From Opitutales bacterium (GTDB lineage Bacteria > Verrucomicrobiota > Verrucomicrobiia > Opitutales > JABSRG01), in contig JANQKZ010000044.1 of the NCBI GenBank assembly GCA_028280845.1, positions 12,359 through 76,358 of the forward strand: a stretch of 64,000 bases of DNA, in the 5' to 3' direction. The notes below the pieces were generated by a model. It ran no database searches, was not told the DNA's origin, and was given only the letters and a program-made list of their open reading frames with translations. The position numbers were made by a program, and so were the translations under genes. Of this stretch, positions 34,913-44,104 are shown one piece after another; the first letter of the stretch is position 1; every line of letters begins with the position of its first letter.

Positions 34913-34987
34913 GTCCCCATAGTTCAATGGATAGAACCGCGGTTTCCTAAACCGTTAATCCGAGTTCGAGTCTCGGTGGGGGCACCA
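34913..34987 (+). tRNA. tRNA-Arg (anticodon CCT), CCA encoded
   Basis: Hand-folded cloverleaf. Acceptor GTCCCCA pairs with TGGGGGC. D stem is GTTC/GAAC. Anticodon stem is GCGGT/ACCGT with loop TTCCTAA. T arm is CCGAG-TTCGAGT-CTCGG. The discriminator is A, followed by CCA. Confidence 0.9.
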
Positions 34988-35331
34988 CCCATTTTCTCTG
35001 CGTTTCGCGCAGGAAGAAAATGGAGTGCCGCGGCATAGCTCAAAGCAATGCTTTGAGCGACGACGGGCTGCCGCTCTCCATCACCGAGACTCTCATGAGT
35101 GGTCCGGTTCCGCAGCCGCAGTCCGGTCCTCTCGCCGACATCCCGCATCCTGTATCCCGCACCTGGTCCTCCCTAACCTCGGCGAAGGGAGGTCCCGCAC
35201 CCACTACCTCCAATCCCGCTCCCTTTCCTCCATTTCCTCCTGTAAGACCCACAGGGCTATCCCAGCCCAAAAAAACCAAAAAAAGGATTGATCCCGCCTA
35301 AGCTTGATCTATTTTGGTCGTTTTTCCCTAA

Positions 35332-35550
35332 ATGAGTACTGAAGAAACCACCACAGAAGCTGCACCTGAAGCTCCCCGCCAATCTCGCAACGTGTTGGAG
35401 TATACCTATCGTGATGTCCACTCCCTCCAACGTTACGTTACAGATACTGGAAAAATTCTGCCCCGCCGGATTACCGGGCTGAATGCTCAACAGCAGCGTC
35501 ACATTTCCCGCCTGATCAAGCGCGCGCGCAATATGCTGCTGATGCAGTAA
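35332..35550 (+). CDS. rpsR: 30S ribosomal protein bS18
   Basis: 72 aa with the conserved core [39 protein letters not shown]. Confidence 0.9.
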   Translation: MSTEETTTEAAPEAPRQSRNVLEYTYRDVHSLQRYVTDTGKILPRRITGLNAQQQRHISRLIKRARNMLLMQ

Positions 35551-35585
35551 GCCTCGCCCGCGAGACTTTCTCTAAAATTTGCAAA

Positions 35586-35616
35586 CCCGCAGGCTTTTCC
35601 CTGCGGGTTTTATTTT
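35586..35616 (+). terminator. Rho-independent terminator after rpsR
   Basis: A perfect 8-bp stem, CCCGCAGG-cttttc-CCTGCGGG, followed by TTTTATTTT. Confidence 0.8.
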
Positions 35617-35629
35617 ATATTCCACTCTC

Positions 35630-36673
35630 ATGATGGCAGACATTTACCAGGCGACCGATTCCCGCAACATCCAGCGCGTTGCTGAACGCCTGAAGCAAGG
35701 AGACATTGGAGCCTTGCCGACAGAAACCGTCTATGGACTCGCCGGGAATGCCCTCGATCCTGCAGTTGTCGGAAAGATTTTTAAGGCCAAGGGGCGACCC
35801 TCCTACGATCCATTGATTGTTCATATCAGCGGACTTGATCGAGTGGAGGAATACGCAGAAATCAACCCCCTGGCACAGGCTCTGGCCGAGCAGCTCTGGC
35901 CTGGAGCCCTGACCTTAATCCTACCCAAGCGACCAAATATACCGGGATTGGTGACTTCAGGCCTGCCGACCGTCGCCCTTCGCTGCCCCAACCACCCGAT
36001 CACCCTTGCCGTTTTAAATGCCTGCGGCTTACCCCTGGCCGCTCCGAGTGCAAATCCCTTCAGCCGAATCAGCCCGACCACCGCTCAACATGTAGAGGAT
36101 CACTTGGGAAGCCAGATCGACTTTATCCTCGATGGCGGCCAAACGCGGGAAGGGCTGGAATCTACAGTCCTGGACGTTTCCGCTCCCCCGGGTATCCAAG
36201 TACTTCGACCTGGCTCTGTTAGCCAGGAACAGATTGAAAGGACATTAAGGAAACTGGCGATCCCCTTCGCATGGATAACGACCCGTGGGGATTCGGACCA
36301 GGAAACCCCAAAACGAGCACCGGGATTATTGGATTCCCATTACAGTCCGACCACCCCCCTTTTCCTTTTCGATGGGTCTCAACCGGACTGGAGGCGTCAC
36401 TTTGATAGCGCTAAGAAGCGGATCGCACTCCTTTTGTGGGGAGACAGCCCGCTAGCTGATGAAGCCGATTCCTTTCCCGGCAACGTGTTGGTATTCAATT
36501 TAAATCCCACAGGCAGTGCAACGGAGGCGGCGCATAACCTGTATGCCCTCATGCACGAGCTCGATGGAGGACAGTTTGATGAAATTTGGGCCATGAATCC
36601 TCAAGGTTCAGGCTTGGCCCAAACCGTGGCTGACCGACTCCAACGGGCGAGCCGGGAATGGAAAGTGGATTAA
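35630..36673 (+). CDS. tsaC: L-threonylcarbamoyladenylate synthase (Sua5/YwlC type, with C-terminal Sua5 domain)
   Basis: YrdC-domain motifs (ALPTETVYGLAGNALD, KIFKAKGRPSYDPLIVHI, LAAPSANPFSRISPTTA). The start is moved to the ATG at 35630, downstream of the rpsR terminator. Confidence 0.85.
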   Translation: MMADIYQATDSRNIQRVAERLKQGDIGALPTETVYGLAGNALDPAVVGKIFKAKGRPSYDPLIVHISGLDRVEEYAEINPLAQALAEQLWPGALTLILPKRPNIPGLVTSGLPTVALRCPNHPITLAVLNACGLPLAAPSANPFSRISPTTAQHVEDHLGSQIDFILDGGQTREGLESTVLDVSAPPGIQVLRPGSVSQEQIERTLRKLAIPFAWITTRGDSDQETPKRAPGLLDSHYSPTTPLFLFDGSQPDWRRHFDSAKKRIALLLWGDSPLADEADSFPGNVLVFNLNPTGSATEAAHNLYALMHELDGGQFDEIWAMNPQGSGLAQTVADRLQRASREWKVD

Positions 36674-36682
36674 GCCAACAGC

Positions 36683-38950
36683 TTAACCCCTACCCCGTCC
36701 GGCATCTTGGGAAGCGTAAGGGGCTTGCGCTTGCGGCGGAGGGGCTCCCTCGCGGCCTCGAGCGGGTCGTGTCTGCGCATCCATCTTCGAGTAGTAATCC
36801 TGATAGGAACGATCGTAATAGTGGGAGTAATAGTAACTCGAAATGTTGGACCCGATGTTGTTCAGGATGGCCCCGAACACAGGCGTGCTCGATTCCCACA
36901 TCCGCTTCACGTTTACTTTGGCGGTTTTGCGCTTCACCGTATTGAACTTGATCACGTAAAGCACGCCATCCACCATGGGCAGGAAATTCAAGGCGTCACT
37001 AACGGCAGCCAGAGGCGGAGAGTCGATGACAATCTTATCATATGACTTCCGGAGTTCATTGATCATTTCCGCAAATTTCGGGCTATTCAGCACCTGTGTC
37101 GGATTTTTCGCCTTACCGCCAGCAGCCAATACATCGAATCCGGGATAAAGGTCCTTGAGGATATAATCCGAGTAATGCCCCTCATCCTCAAAAAAGTTGA
37201 CGACCCCTCCGTCTACCTCGATTTGGAGGGACTTCTGCACATTGGGAAGGCGTAGGTCCCCATCGACAAGGAGGGTCTTTTCTCCATGGGCCGCGTAGGT
37301 AAACGCCACGTTGGTGCTCACAAAAGACTTACCTTCACCGGGCACCGTACTCGTGGTCAGGACGACCTTCGCATTTTTACTTTCCTCTCCTAATTTGAGG
37401 GTGGAGTGGATGGTCCTGAAGGCTTCTGTCACATGGCGGTCGACATTTTCAGCCACAGCCTTGGCTTTTTCAGAAGCATCCAGCTTCTTCACCCGCGGAA
37501 TAATTCCAATCAGTGGAAGCCCCACCACACTCTCAATATCATAGGCTGTTTTTATTCGGTCATCGAGGAAAGCAATGAGGAATACAAGGCCTAAGCCAGA
37601 CCCAACGCCGAGAATACCTCCCAGGGCGAGATTCATCAGCACCAGTGGTTTGTAAGGACCACCGGGTGGATTCGCTCGGTCCACCATTCGGGCTTGGGCA
37701 TTCTGCAGTTCGACCTGGGCCAATTCCTGGCTCATCCGGGAAACAATCGCCTGATAGAACGCCTTTTCGACTTCAAGTTCGCTTAAAATCGCATTGTATT
37801 CAACCCTGAGCTTCCCCAGCTCAAACATATCCTGTTCTTTAGCAGCAAGGCGCATTTCGGCTTGTTCGTAGTTTCGTACGGACTGGAGGTAATCGGATCG
37901 GACCTCCTCCTCAGCCGATTTTAGAGCAGCTTCCAACTCGGTCAGAGATTCTGACAGGGCTTCCCTTGCCTGAATCATACTCGGATGCTTGTCCCGATAT
38001 CGTTGGCTCAGGGCGGCAATATCTATGCGATTCTGAGAAACGGTCGATAACAGGCTGCTCACCCGAAGGTTATTACCAATAGCGGGAATCTCCCAAAGCG
38101 GACGATCCGCTGCGCGAAACTGTTCAATCTGCTGAACTCGGGTTTCCGCGAAATCTTTTTCGCTTTTCATGGTAACCGCCAGATCGTTCAGCCGTTGGAT
38201 TTCCTGAATCGCAATATTCTCCCCGGCATCAATCGAAACGGCATCATTGTCCTCGCGGTATTGGGAAAGCCGAAGCTCTAATTCTTCTACCTTCTTACGC
38301 TGGACATCCGCCCGCATCCGCAGGTCTTCCACAGCCTTATTGGATACATCAATGGTCTGGTTTAAATTATAATTGATAAACTCTTCAGCGAATAGGTTTG
38401 CCACCATGGCAGCCATATTCTTGTCGGGATGTTCATAGCGAACGGCTACAATCAGACTGAGTCGAGCGGGCTCGATGGTCCGGTTGCGATACAGAATGCC
38501 TGCTACATTTGGCGCCCTCCCTGAGTCGCTACCATCTTCATACGGAGCAAGGAAACGTTGCCGGTCCTCTCCTTGAAGACGCCGATCCACGGAATTCACA
38601 ATTTGCAGGCTCTGCATAATCATAACCTGCGTATTGAAGTCCTCCGCACTCCGGATTTCGTTGGCCTCGATATCCATCGTACCGAGGACTCGGGGGTCAT
38701 CCCTTAAAATCTCGACGGTTGCAGAGGCCCGATAAATGGGGGTCGCATTAAACGTGTAAATGATGGCCGCCGCTAAAATGATGAAAAAAGTCGGGATAAA
38801 GTACCAGATACGCTCCCGAAAAATCAAGAGGTAGTCCTTAAGGGACCGGTGAGAACCAGTATCATAGCCCCCACCATAGCCATAACCGGCCTGATTATAG
38901 CCATACCCGTAGTAATAACTGCTATCGTCATTCAGATAGGGATTGCTCAT
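36683..38950 (-). CDS. Polysaccharide co-polymerase / tyrosine autokinase (Wzc/GumC-like)
   Basis: A Wzz-like N-terminus with two TM segments and a long coiled coil. A C-terminal P-loop kinase domain (TSTVPGEGKSFVSTNVA, VIDSPPL). A Tyr-rich tail (SNISSYYYSHYYDRSYQDYY). Confidence 0.85.
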   Translation of the reverse strand: MSNPYLNDDSSYYYGYGYNQAGYGYGGGYDTGSHRSLKDYLLIFRERIWYFIPTFFIILAAAIIYTFNATPIYRASATVEILRDDPRVLGTMDIEANEIRSAEDFNTQVMIMQSLQIVNSVDRRLQGEDRQRFLAPYEDGSDSGRAPNVAGILYRNRTIEPARLSLIVAVRYEHPDKNMAAMVANLFAEEFINYNLNQTIDVSNKAVEDLRMRADVQRKKVEELELRLSQYREDNDAVSIDAGENIAIQEIQRLNDLAVTMKSEKDFAETRVQQIEQFRAADRPLWEIPAIGNNLRVSSLLSTVSQNRIDIAALSQRYRDKHPSMIQAREALSESLTELEAALKSAEEEVRSDYLQSVRNYEQAEMRLAAKEQDMFELGKLRVEYNAILSELEVEKAFYQAIVSRMSQELAQVELQNAQARMVDRANPPGGPYKPLVLMNLALGGILGVGSGLGLVFLIAFLDDRIKTAYDIESVVGLPLIGIIPRVKKLDASEKAKAVAENVDRHVTEAFRTIHSTLKLGEESKNAKVVLTTSTVPGEGKSFVSTNVAFTYAAHGEKTLLVDGDLRLPNVQKSLQIEVDGGVVNFFEDEGHYSDYILKDLYPGFDVLAAGGKAKNPTQVLNSPKFAEMINELRKSYDKIVIDSPPLAAVSDALNFLPMVDGVLYVIKFNTVKRKTAKVNVKRMWESSTPVFGAILNNIGSNISSYYYSHYYDRSYQDYYSKMDAQTRPARGREGAPPPQAQAPYASQDAGRGRG

Positions 38951-38971
38951 GAGGAGAAGGGCGTAAAGTGG

Positions 38972-39577
38972 TTAAAACGTCCGCTCAGGAATAAAAATGA
39001 TATCCTTGTGTTGGAGAATGAATGTTTCCCCTTTTTCTTTGGTTATCATCTCTTGAACATCAATATCGAAGGTAACGTTCCGTCCATCTTCTAAAACCCG
39101 ACGGACGGAAACATCCCGAAGGTTGGCTAAACGCGTGGCCCCACTAGCGGCCGCAATGGCTTCGACGAGGCTTAACTCTCGGTCAACGGGTATTACCACG
39201 GGGCCCGGTTGATTTACCTGCCCAAGCACCTGCACCTCCCTGGGAGCATATTCAGTGACTAATAAGCTGATTTGCGGATTTACCAGATAATCGGCATTGT
39301 AACGCTCAAATAGATAAGTCGTGGCCTCCTCCACGGTCATCCCTCCAATTCGGACTTTTCCAACTAAGGGAAAATTTGCGGTCCCATCCGAATCAATCCG
39401 GATTTGCTGGCTAAGGTCAGGTTCTTGAAAGACCTGAAATGCTAAGGCATCAAACGGACGCAATTCGTAGTTCTGAAAGAGGTTTTGGCTGGAATCCTGC
39501 CCCGCAACAGAAAGGAAGGCGGCCAGAAGGCCGCCTAATCCAAATGCGAAAAATTGTAGATTTCTAAATTTTAACAC
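38972..39577 (-). CDS. Polysaccharide export protein (Wza-like, Poly_export + SLBB)
   Basis: Signal peptide and the motif YELRPFDALAFQVFQEPDLS...DGTANFPLVGKVRIGGMTVEEA, typical of the family. Confidence 0.8.
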   Translation of the reverse strand: MLKFRNLQFFAFGLGGLLAAFLSVAGQDSSQNLFQNYELRPFDALAFQVFQEPDLSQQIRIDSDGTANFPLVGKVRIGGMTVEEATTYLFERYNADYLVNPQISLLVTEYAPREVQVLGQVNQPGPVVIPVDRELSLVEAIAAASGATRLANLRDVSVRRVLEDGRNVTFDIDVQEMITKEKGETFILQHKDIIFIPERTF

Positions 39578-39588
39578 GCTATCACCAC

Positions 39589-40752
39589 TTAATAACGCAA
39601 CGAAGCGGTCAGCCCAAGAGTGTTATTTTTCCAGCTGGCGCCCGTTAGATTGGAATCATTTTCCAGGTAATCGTAGGCTGCGCGAACTTGAACATAGTCA
39701 TTTGGCACCCAGTTGATGCCAATGCCAGCTCTCCAGAGATCATCCTCGCGGGCACTGGTATTATAATCGGCTTTGTTGTACCCGACGATACCGGTGAGAA
39801 ACCAGACAGGATTCATGGCGTAGGCGCCATCCAGGTTGAAACCTACATCCTGAATACTTTCACCAGTACCGGCAGAATTAAAGTCACTGAATATTCCGAT
39901 TCCCACATTAAACTTGGGAGTGGCTTCCCAATCGAGGTCCACATCAATCGAAGCACCTCCTTCATCATCCAAATTCCCCTTACGGAATTCGCGAACCTGA
40001 TAGCCGAGCCCGACCGTGCCGGATAGTTTAGGCGTCAATTCCCCGCGCAGATTCAACCGGACGGTGTGATCGAGTGGATTATTACGAACCGCATTGGGTT
40101 GATCCTCAATTGTGGTATCCCGATAGACATAACCCACACCTACATCCAACTTGGGAGTCATCGCGTAGTAGAAGTCCACGGGAACGGTAATAATCTCACG
40201 GTCGGGAAGTACCGGGGCCGCTCCTCCCTTATATGCAATATCCAGGAAGGTTCCCCCTACACGCACGCTGGTCTTTGGGGAAAACTGATACTCCCCCTCC
40301 GCGTGATAGCGGACATTGTCGGTTTCGATAAGTGAACCCGCAATATTAACAGACTGGGAATTCGACTGGTCCTGAATGAAGGAATACGCTGCAGTTCCTT
40401 CGAATTTGGCGCCGGCATAGCTCCCGCTCACGATGAAGGTGTTCAGCTCATTATCAAACTGATTTTCACTGGAGAAACGGCGAATATCATATTGATAAAG
40501 TACATTCAGGTTGGCGTTGGTGGCTCCGCGTCCGATGTCCAGTTCAATCCCGGGCTTCAGAGTAAATATGGTATCACTAACCTCGCCATCTTCATCCAGG
40601 GTGAGGTTGTCATTCAACTGGATTCCACCTGATCCGTTGAAAAACAGGTCCATATTGCTCCCGATAGAGACCATGGGAGCCCCGGATACGGAGAAAAGGC
40701 TAAGGCAGGTGATGAAACCCAATACGGATAGGTAGTAGCGTAGTTTTTTCAT
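39589..40752 (-). CDS. Outer-membrane beta-barrel protein of the polysaccharide export module
   Basis: Signal peptide MKKLRYYLSVLGFITCLSLFSVSGA, alternating beta-strand pattern, and a C-terminal ...LGLTASLRY. ATG at 40752. Confidence 0.6.
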   Translation of the reverse strand: MKKLRYYLSVLGFITCLSLFSVSGAPMVSIGSNMDLFFNGSGGIQLNDNLTLDEDGEVSDTIFTLKPGIELDIGRGATNANLNVLYQYDIRRFSSENQFDNELNTFIVSGSYAGAKFEGTAAYSFIQDQSNSQSVNIAGSLIETDNVRYHAEGEYQFSPKTSVRVGGTFLDIAYKGGAAPVLPDREIITVPVDFYYAMTPKLDVGVGYVYRDTTIEDQPNAVRNNPLDHTVRLNLRGELTPKLSGTVGLGYQVREFRKGNLDDEGGASIDVDLDWEATPKFNVGIGIFSDFNSAGTGESIQDVGFNLDGAYAMNPVWFLTGIVGYNKADYNTSAREDDLWRAGIGINWVPNDYVQVRAAYDYLENDSNLTGASWKNNTLGLTASLRY

Positions 40753-40978
40753 ATAGAAATCGCCTGTTACAAATACAACAGCCCAATAGCAAAAGGCCAC
40801 CGAAATTAAATTGAATGAATCAGTCGAGGAAGAAATTTATTAGAGATTTAAAGAAATCACGACCAAGATGTAACTTCATTGAGATGGGTGCAACTAGAAA
40901 ATGTAAGACTTTTTTACAGTTTCCCTTTGAAAAATAGCTGAATTCCAACCATTACGAAACTGTGCTAAGCTCCTCATA

Positions 40979-42676
40979 ATGAACCATTCCCCCCAGAACA
41001 CGGAAAGATTAAACACCAAGCCGGAGCTATGGACGCGGCCTGTCCTGCTGGGCTTTGCCGAAGTTTACCGAAAAAAGGGGCACCGACCTAAATTTCGTCT
41101 CCGCTGGGGCAGGATTGCAGCTATGCTGTGCCTCCTTTTTCTCCTCGGATATCTGTCGGGAGTCACCTTTCTCTACCTCTTTTATAAGTACAAACGTGAG
41201 TTTGAAACCGTAACCTATGTCGATACCCTGACTTGGCCCTTTCAGCGTCAGGCCTTCCGGGAACGTATGGGCGAATATTTCATTGAACGCGCAATGGACC
41301 ACCTCAATGAGGGGGATTTTCTGGACGCTTACCACTTTTTACGTGCCGGTGTCGCACGGGCCAAAGCCAATCTGGAAGGCCGAAAGTTGCTGGCTGAGTT
41401 TTATGAATTCGGTTTGCGTCGCCCCGATCTCGCTGGCGATCTCCTGGTCGATGGCCTCCCCTACGCCGAGGGCGATGCGCTATATTTACGAGATACCCTC
41501 GCCGTCTACATGAGAAATCAACTGGACGAGGAAATCCAGGACACCGTCAGCGAAATCCTTACCCCAGGGTTGCTGCTGCCGGAACCGGAATTAGGGGATG
41601 GTGCTTCCAACCCGGATCTCGTTTATTTCCAGACAGCAGCTTTCTTCTCGGCCCGATCCCATTTTTACCGAGGCAATTATGATCAGGCCGAAGACCTGAT
41701 TAAGGAATTTCAACTTGAGGGGACCCGCGATGGACTCTTTCTTACGGCCCTGATCAATTGGGAACGTGGCCGACACAAAACGGCCATCTCTCAACTTGAG
41801 GCAGGAATCAGCCAATTCCCGCAGGTAGAAAACTTCTACGTCCACCTGGCTCGCTACTATCGGGAGATGGGAGATTATGAATCTGCCAGGCGGACGTCCG
41901 TGTTGAGGATAGCAAGCAACCCCCTCAATCCAATCCCTCGAATCGAGCTCCTTTACGCCTACCGTGAAGAGGGAAACACTGAGCGGGAAATCGCTGAGGT
42001 AGAGGCCCTCCTCAGACAGTTTAGTGCAGACGAGAGAACCCTACAGTTCCTGGCAAATTTTGCTGCTGAAACCGGCCAGCCAGATTTAGCGCACCGGCTC
42101 TATATTCATGCCTTGGAAAAGGGGTTCGATATATCCAGTTTTGCGCTTCTCGTCATTGAGTCCCAGATCGTGGCCGAACACTACTCGAGTGCGATCGATT
42201 TCGCCGAGGAGCTCATGGAAGAAAATCCGGATTGGTTAAATGCTCGGCTTCACATTTTTAATAGTCTTCGCAGTGTCGCCTATCTTGGGGCTGGCGATCC
42301 GGACCTTGGGCAGCTCTACCTCAACGAGTTCATTAAAGCACAGAATAGCCGGGTGGAAACTTTCCTGGCCGTGGCCAAACGGCTTCAAAGTATTGGCCTG
42401 CCGGAGGAGTCACGCGAGGTGCTCAGGATAGCCTGGGAAAGTAATCCCGATAATCAGGCTGCGCTCAGCGCCTTGATTGCCTTGGACATAGAACTGAACC
42501 AGACCGATGATTTGCCCGTCTTTGTGCGGCAACTCCTCACCATGCGACGCCCTTCCTATCGCTTAATTGAAGAGGCATACTATGCCCTGAGTAGCGATCG
42601 CTTCTTTTTTTCAGAAGAACGGGAGACCCTATTGATCGAGCTACAGGCTATCCTGTCCGAACGGAATGTGACCTAG
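40979..42676 (+). CDS. Membrane-anchored TPR-repeat protein
   Basis: One TM segment (IAAMLCLLFLLGYLSGVTFLYLF) followed by TPR-like helical repeats. It is divergent from the export module. Confidence 0.6.
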   Translation: MNHSPQNTERLNTKPELWTRPVLLGFAEVYRKKGHRPKFRLRWGRIAAMLCLLFLLGYLSGVTFLYLFYKYKREFETVTYVDTLTWPFQRQAFRERMGEYFIERAMDHLNEGDFLDAYHFLRAGVARAKANLEGRKLLAEFYEFGLRRPDLAGDLLVDGLPYAEGDALYLRDTLAVYMRNQLDEEIQDTVSEILTPGLLLPEPELGDGASNPDLVYFQTAAFFSARSHFYRGNYDQAEDLIKEFQLEGTRDGLFLTALINWERGRHKTAISQLEAGISQFPQVENFYVHLARYYREMGDYESARRTSVLRIASNPLNPIPRIELLYAYREEGNTEREIAEVEALLRQFSADERTLQFLANFAAETGQPDLAHRLYIHALEKGFDISSFALLVIESQIVAEHYSSAIDFAEELMEENPDWLNARLHIFNSLRSVAYLGAGDPDLGQLYLNEFIKAQNSRVETFLAVAKRLQSIGLPEESREVLRIAWESNPDNQAALSALIALDIELNQTDDLPVFVRQLLTMRRPSYRLIEEAYYALSSDRFFFSEERETLLIELQAILSERNVT

Positions 42677-42772
42677 GCCGCCTCTTTGCTTTTCATCGCC
42701 GTGTTGCCAGCGGCGATTGTATTACCTTCGGCAAGGTGCCGAGAGGCCCGGATAGCATTTGAATAAAATGCG

Positions 42773-44104
42773 TTAGCTCTCTTCTCCATCAGGGCTTGGA
42801 TCCGGCAAACGGGTAACCATGGCAGAAATGATCCGCCGCTCTTCCACCTCTTTTACAATCACGTCCATCTGGTGGAAACTGACTCGGGTCCCCACAGAGG
42901 GAATTTCTCCAAGCTCGCTGGTGATCAATCCGCCAAATGTGGCGATTTCCTCGTCTTCTACCCGAATCGCGAGCGCTTGCTCCACATCATGGACCCCGGC
43001 TAAACCGGAAATCAGGAAACGATCCGGACCCAGCTTGCGAATCGGTTCATCCTCGGAATCAAATTCGTCCTGAATTTCACCCACCAGCACCTCAAGGATT
43101 TTTTCCAGCGTAATGACACCCAGGATCCCTCCAAACTCATCCCGGACAAGGGCCATATGCATCTTCATCCTCAGCATCCGCTGAAGCACCCGATCCAGGG
43201 GTTCTTCTTCCTGAAAGTGAATGATCGGTCGCGACAGTCGAGCCAGATCGAGCGTTTCCTGCGCCCCCCTGTATCGAAAGAGATCCTTGATATGAATCAA
43301 CCCAATGCAATGGTCCAAATCCCCCGCGCACAAAGGGAAGCGGGTATGTCCGGTTTTTTTTGCCAGCTCGAGGTTTTCCTCCAGGCTGTCCTCCAAATCA
43401 AAGATCAAGACCTGATTGCGGGGCAGTAAGATATCGGCGACCACCAGGTCCTGCATAGCAAGTGTCCGATTAATAATGGAACGCGCAATCTTGCTACGAA
43501 TGGCATCATCCTCCCCCAGGGCACGGATCTGGACCTCGACATCGAGGGGATTGATCGGGTCTCCACCTTCAAACCCTAAAAGGGAAAATACACCTTCTTT
43601 GACCTTCCTGAAAAATTGGAGAGCCGGGGAGAGGGTAAGGGACATCATGGCAACGACCGGCAGCGTAAACTTGAGCACCACCAGGGGTTGCTGCAGCGCA
43701 ATTCCACGGGCAGGGAGATCTGCCAGAACCACAAAGAAGAAGAGGGATAAGAACAGGGCGATTCCTCCAACCGCCAGGCCCGACATGGCACTCACATTAA
43801 ACACTACAAAGGCGACCTGTCTTACACCCTGGAGGATGAGCAAAGCGAGGAGCAGTAAACTGACAACCTTGGCAAACCGCAGCAATCGTGCGGTCTCATT
43901 AGCTTTTGAGATCAAAGGACCAACGAACTTTCGGCTTCTGAAAGAACCCAGGGCGGTGAAGAGGTCAGAGTTATATCTTACCTTCACCAATGCAAATTCA
44001 CAGGCCACCAGACAGCCATTGACAAACAACACCAACGCGATCCCGCCCCCAACTAATATAGCCTGCCCAAGCGTCCAAGCTTCCACTACCATTAACGTAT
44101 TCAC
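42773..44104 (-). CDS. CNNM/HlyC-CorC family transporter (DUF21-CBS pair-CorC_HlyC)
   Basis: An N-terminal 4-TM DUF21-like region, a CBS pair (DILLPRNQVLIFD..., MALVRDEFGGILGVITLEKILEVLVGEIQDEFD), and a C-terminal CorC domain. Confidence 0.8.
   Translation of the reverse strand: MNTLMVVEAWTLGQAILVGGGIALVLFVNGCLVACEFALVKVRYNSDLFTALGSFRSRKFVGPLISKANETARLLRFAKVVSLLLLALLILQGVRQVAFVVFNVSAMSGLAVGGIALFLSLFFFVVLADLPARGIALQQPLVVLKFTLPVVAMMSLTLSPALQFFRKVKEGVFSLLGFEGGDPINPLDVEVQIRALGEDDAIRSKIARSIINRTLAMQDLVVADILLPRNQVLIFDLEDSLEENLELAKKTGHTRFPLCAGDLDHCIGLIHIKDLFRYRGAQETLDLARLSRPIIHFQEEEPLDRVLQRMLRMKMHMALVRDEFGGILGVITLEKILEVLVGEIQDEFDSEDEPIRKLGPDRFLISGLAGVHDVEQALAIRVEDEEIATFGGLITSELGEIPSVGTRVSFHQMDVIVKEVEERRIISAMVTRLPDPSPDGEES

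Noticed and set aside
35020-35301. Overlapping 93-aa and 88-aa plus-strand ORFs and a 79-aa minus-strand ORF in the tRNA-rpsR spacer.
   Set aside because: Three mutually overlapping frames are open in a GC-rich stretch. The peptides are Pro/Ser/Ala-rich and low in complexity, with no start context or motifs. The region is treated as non-coding, with a possible structured RNA.
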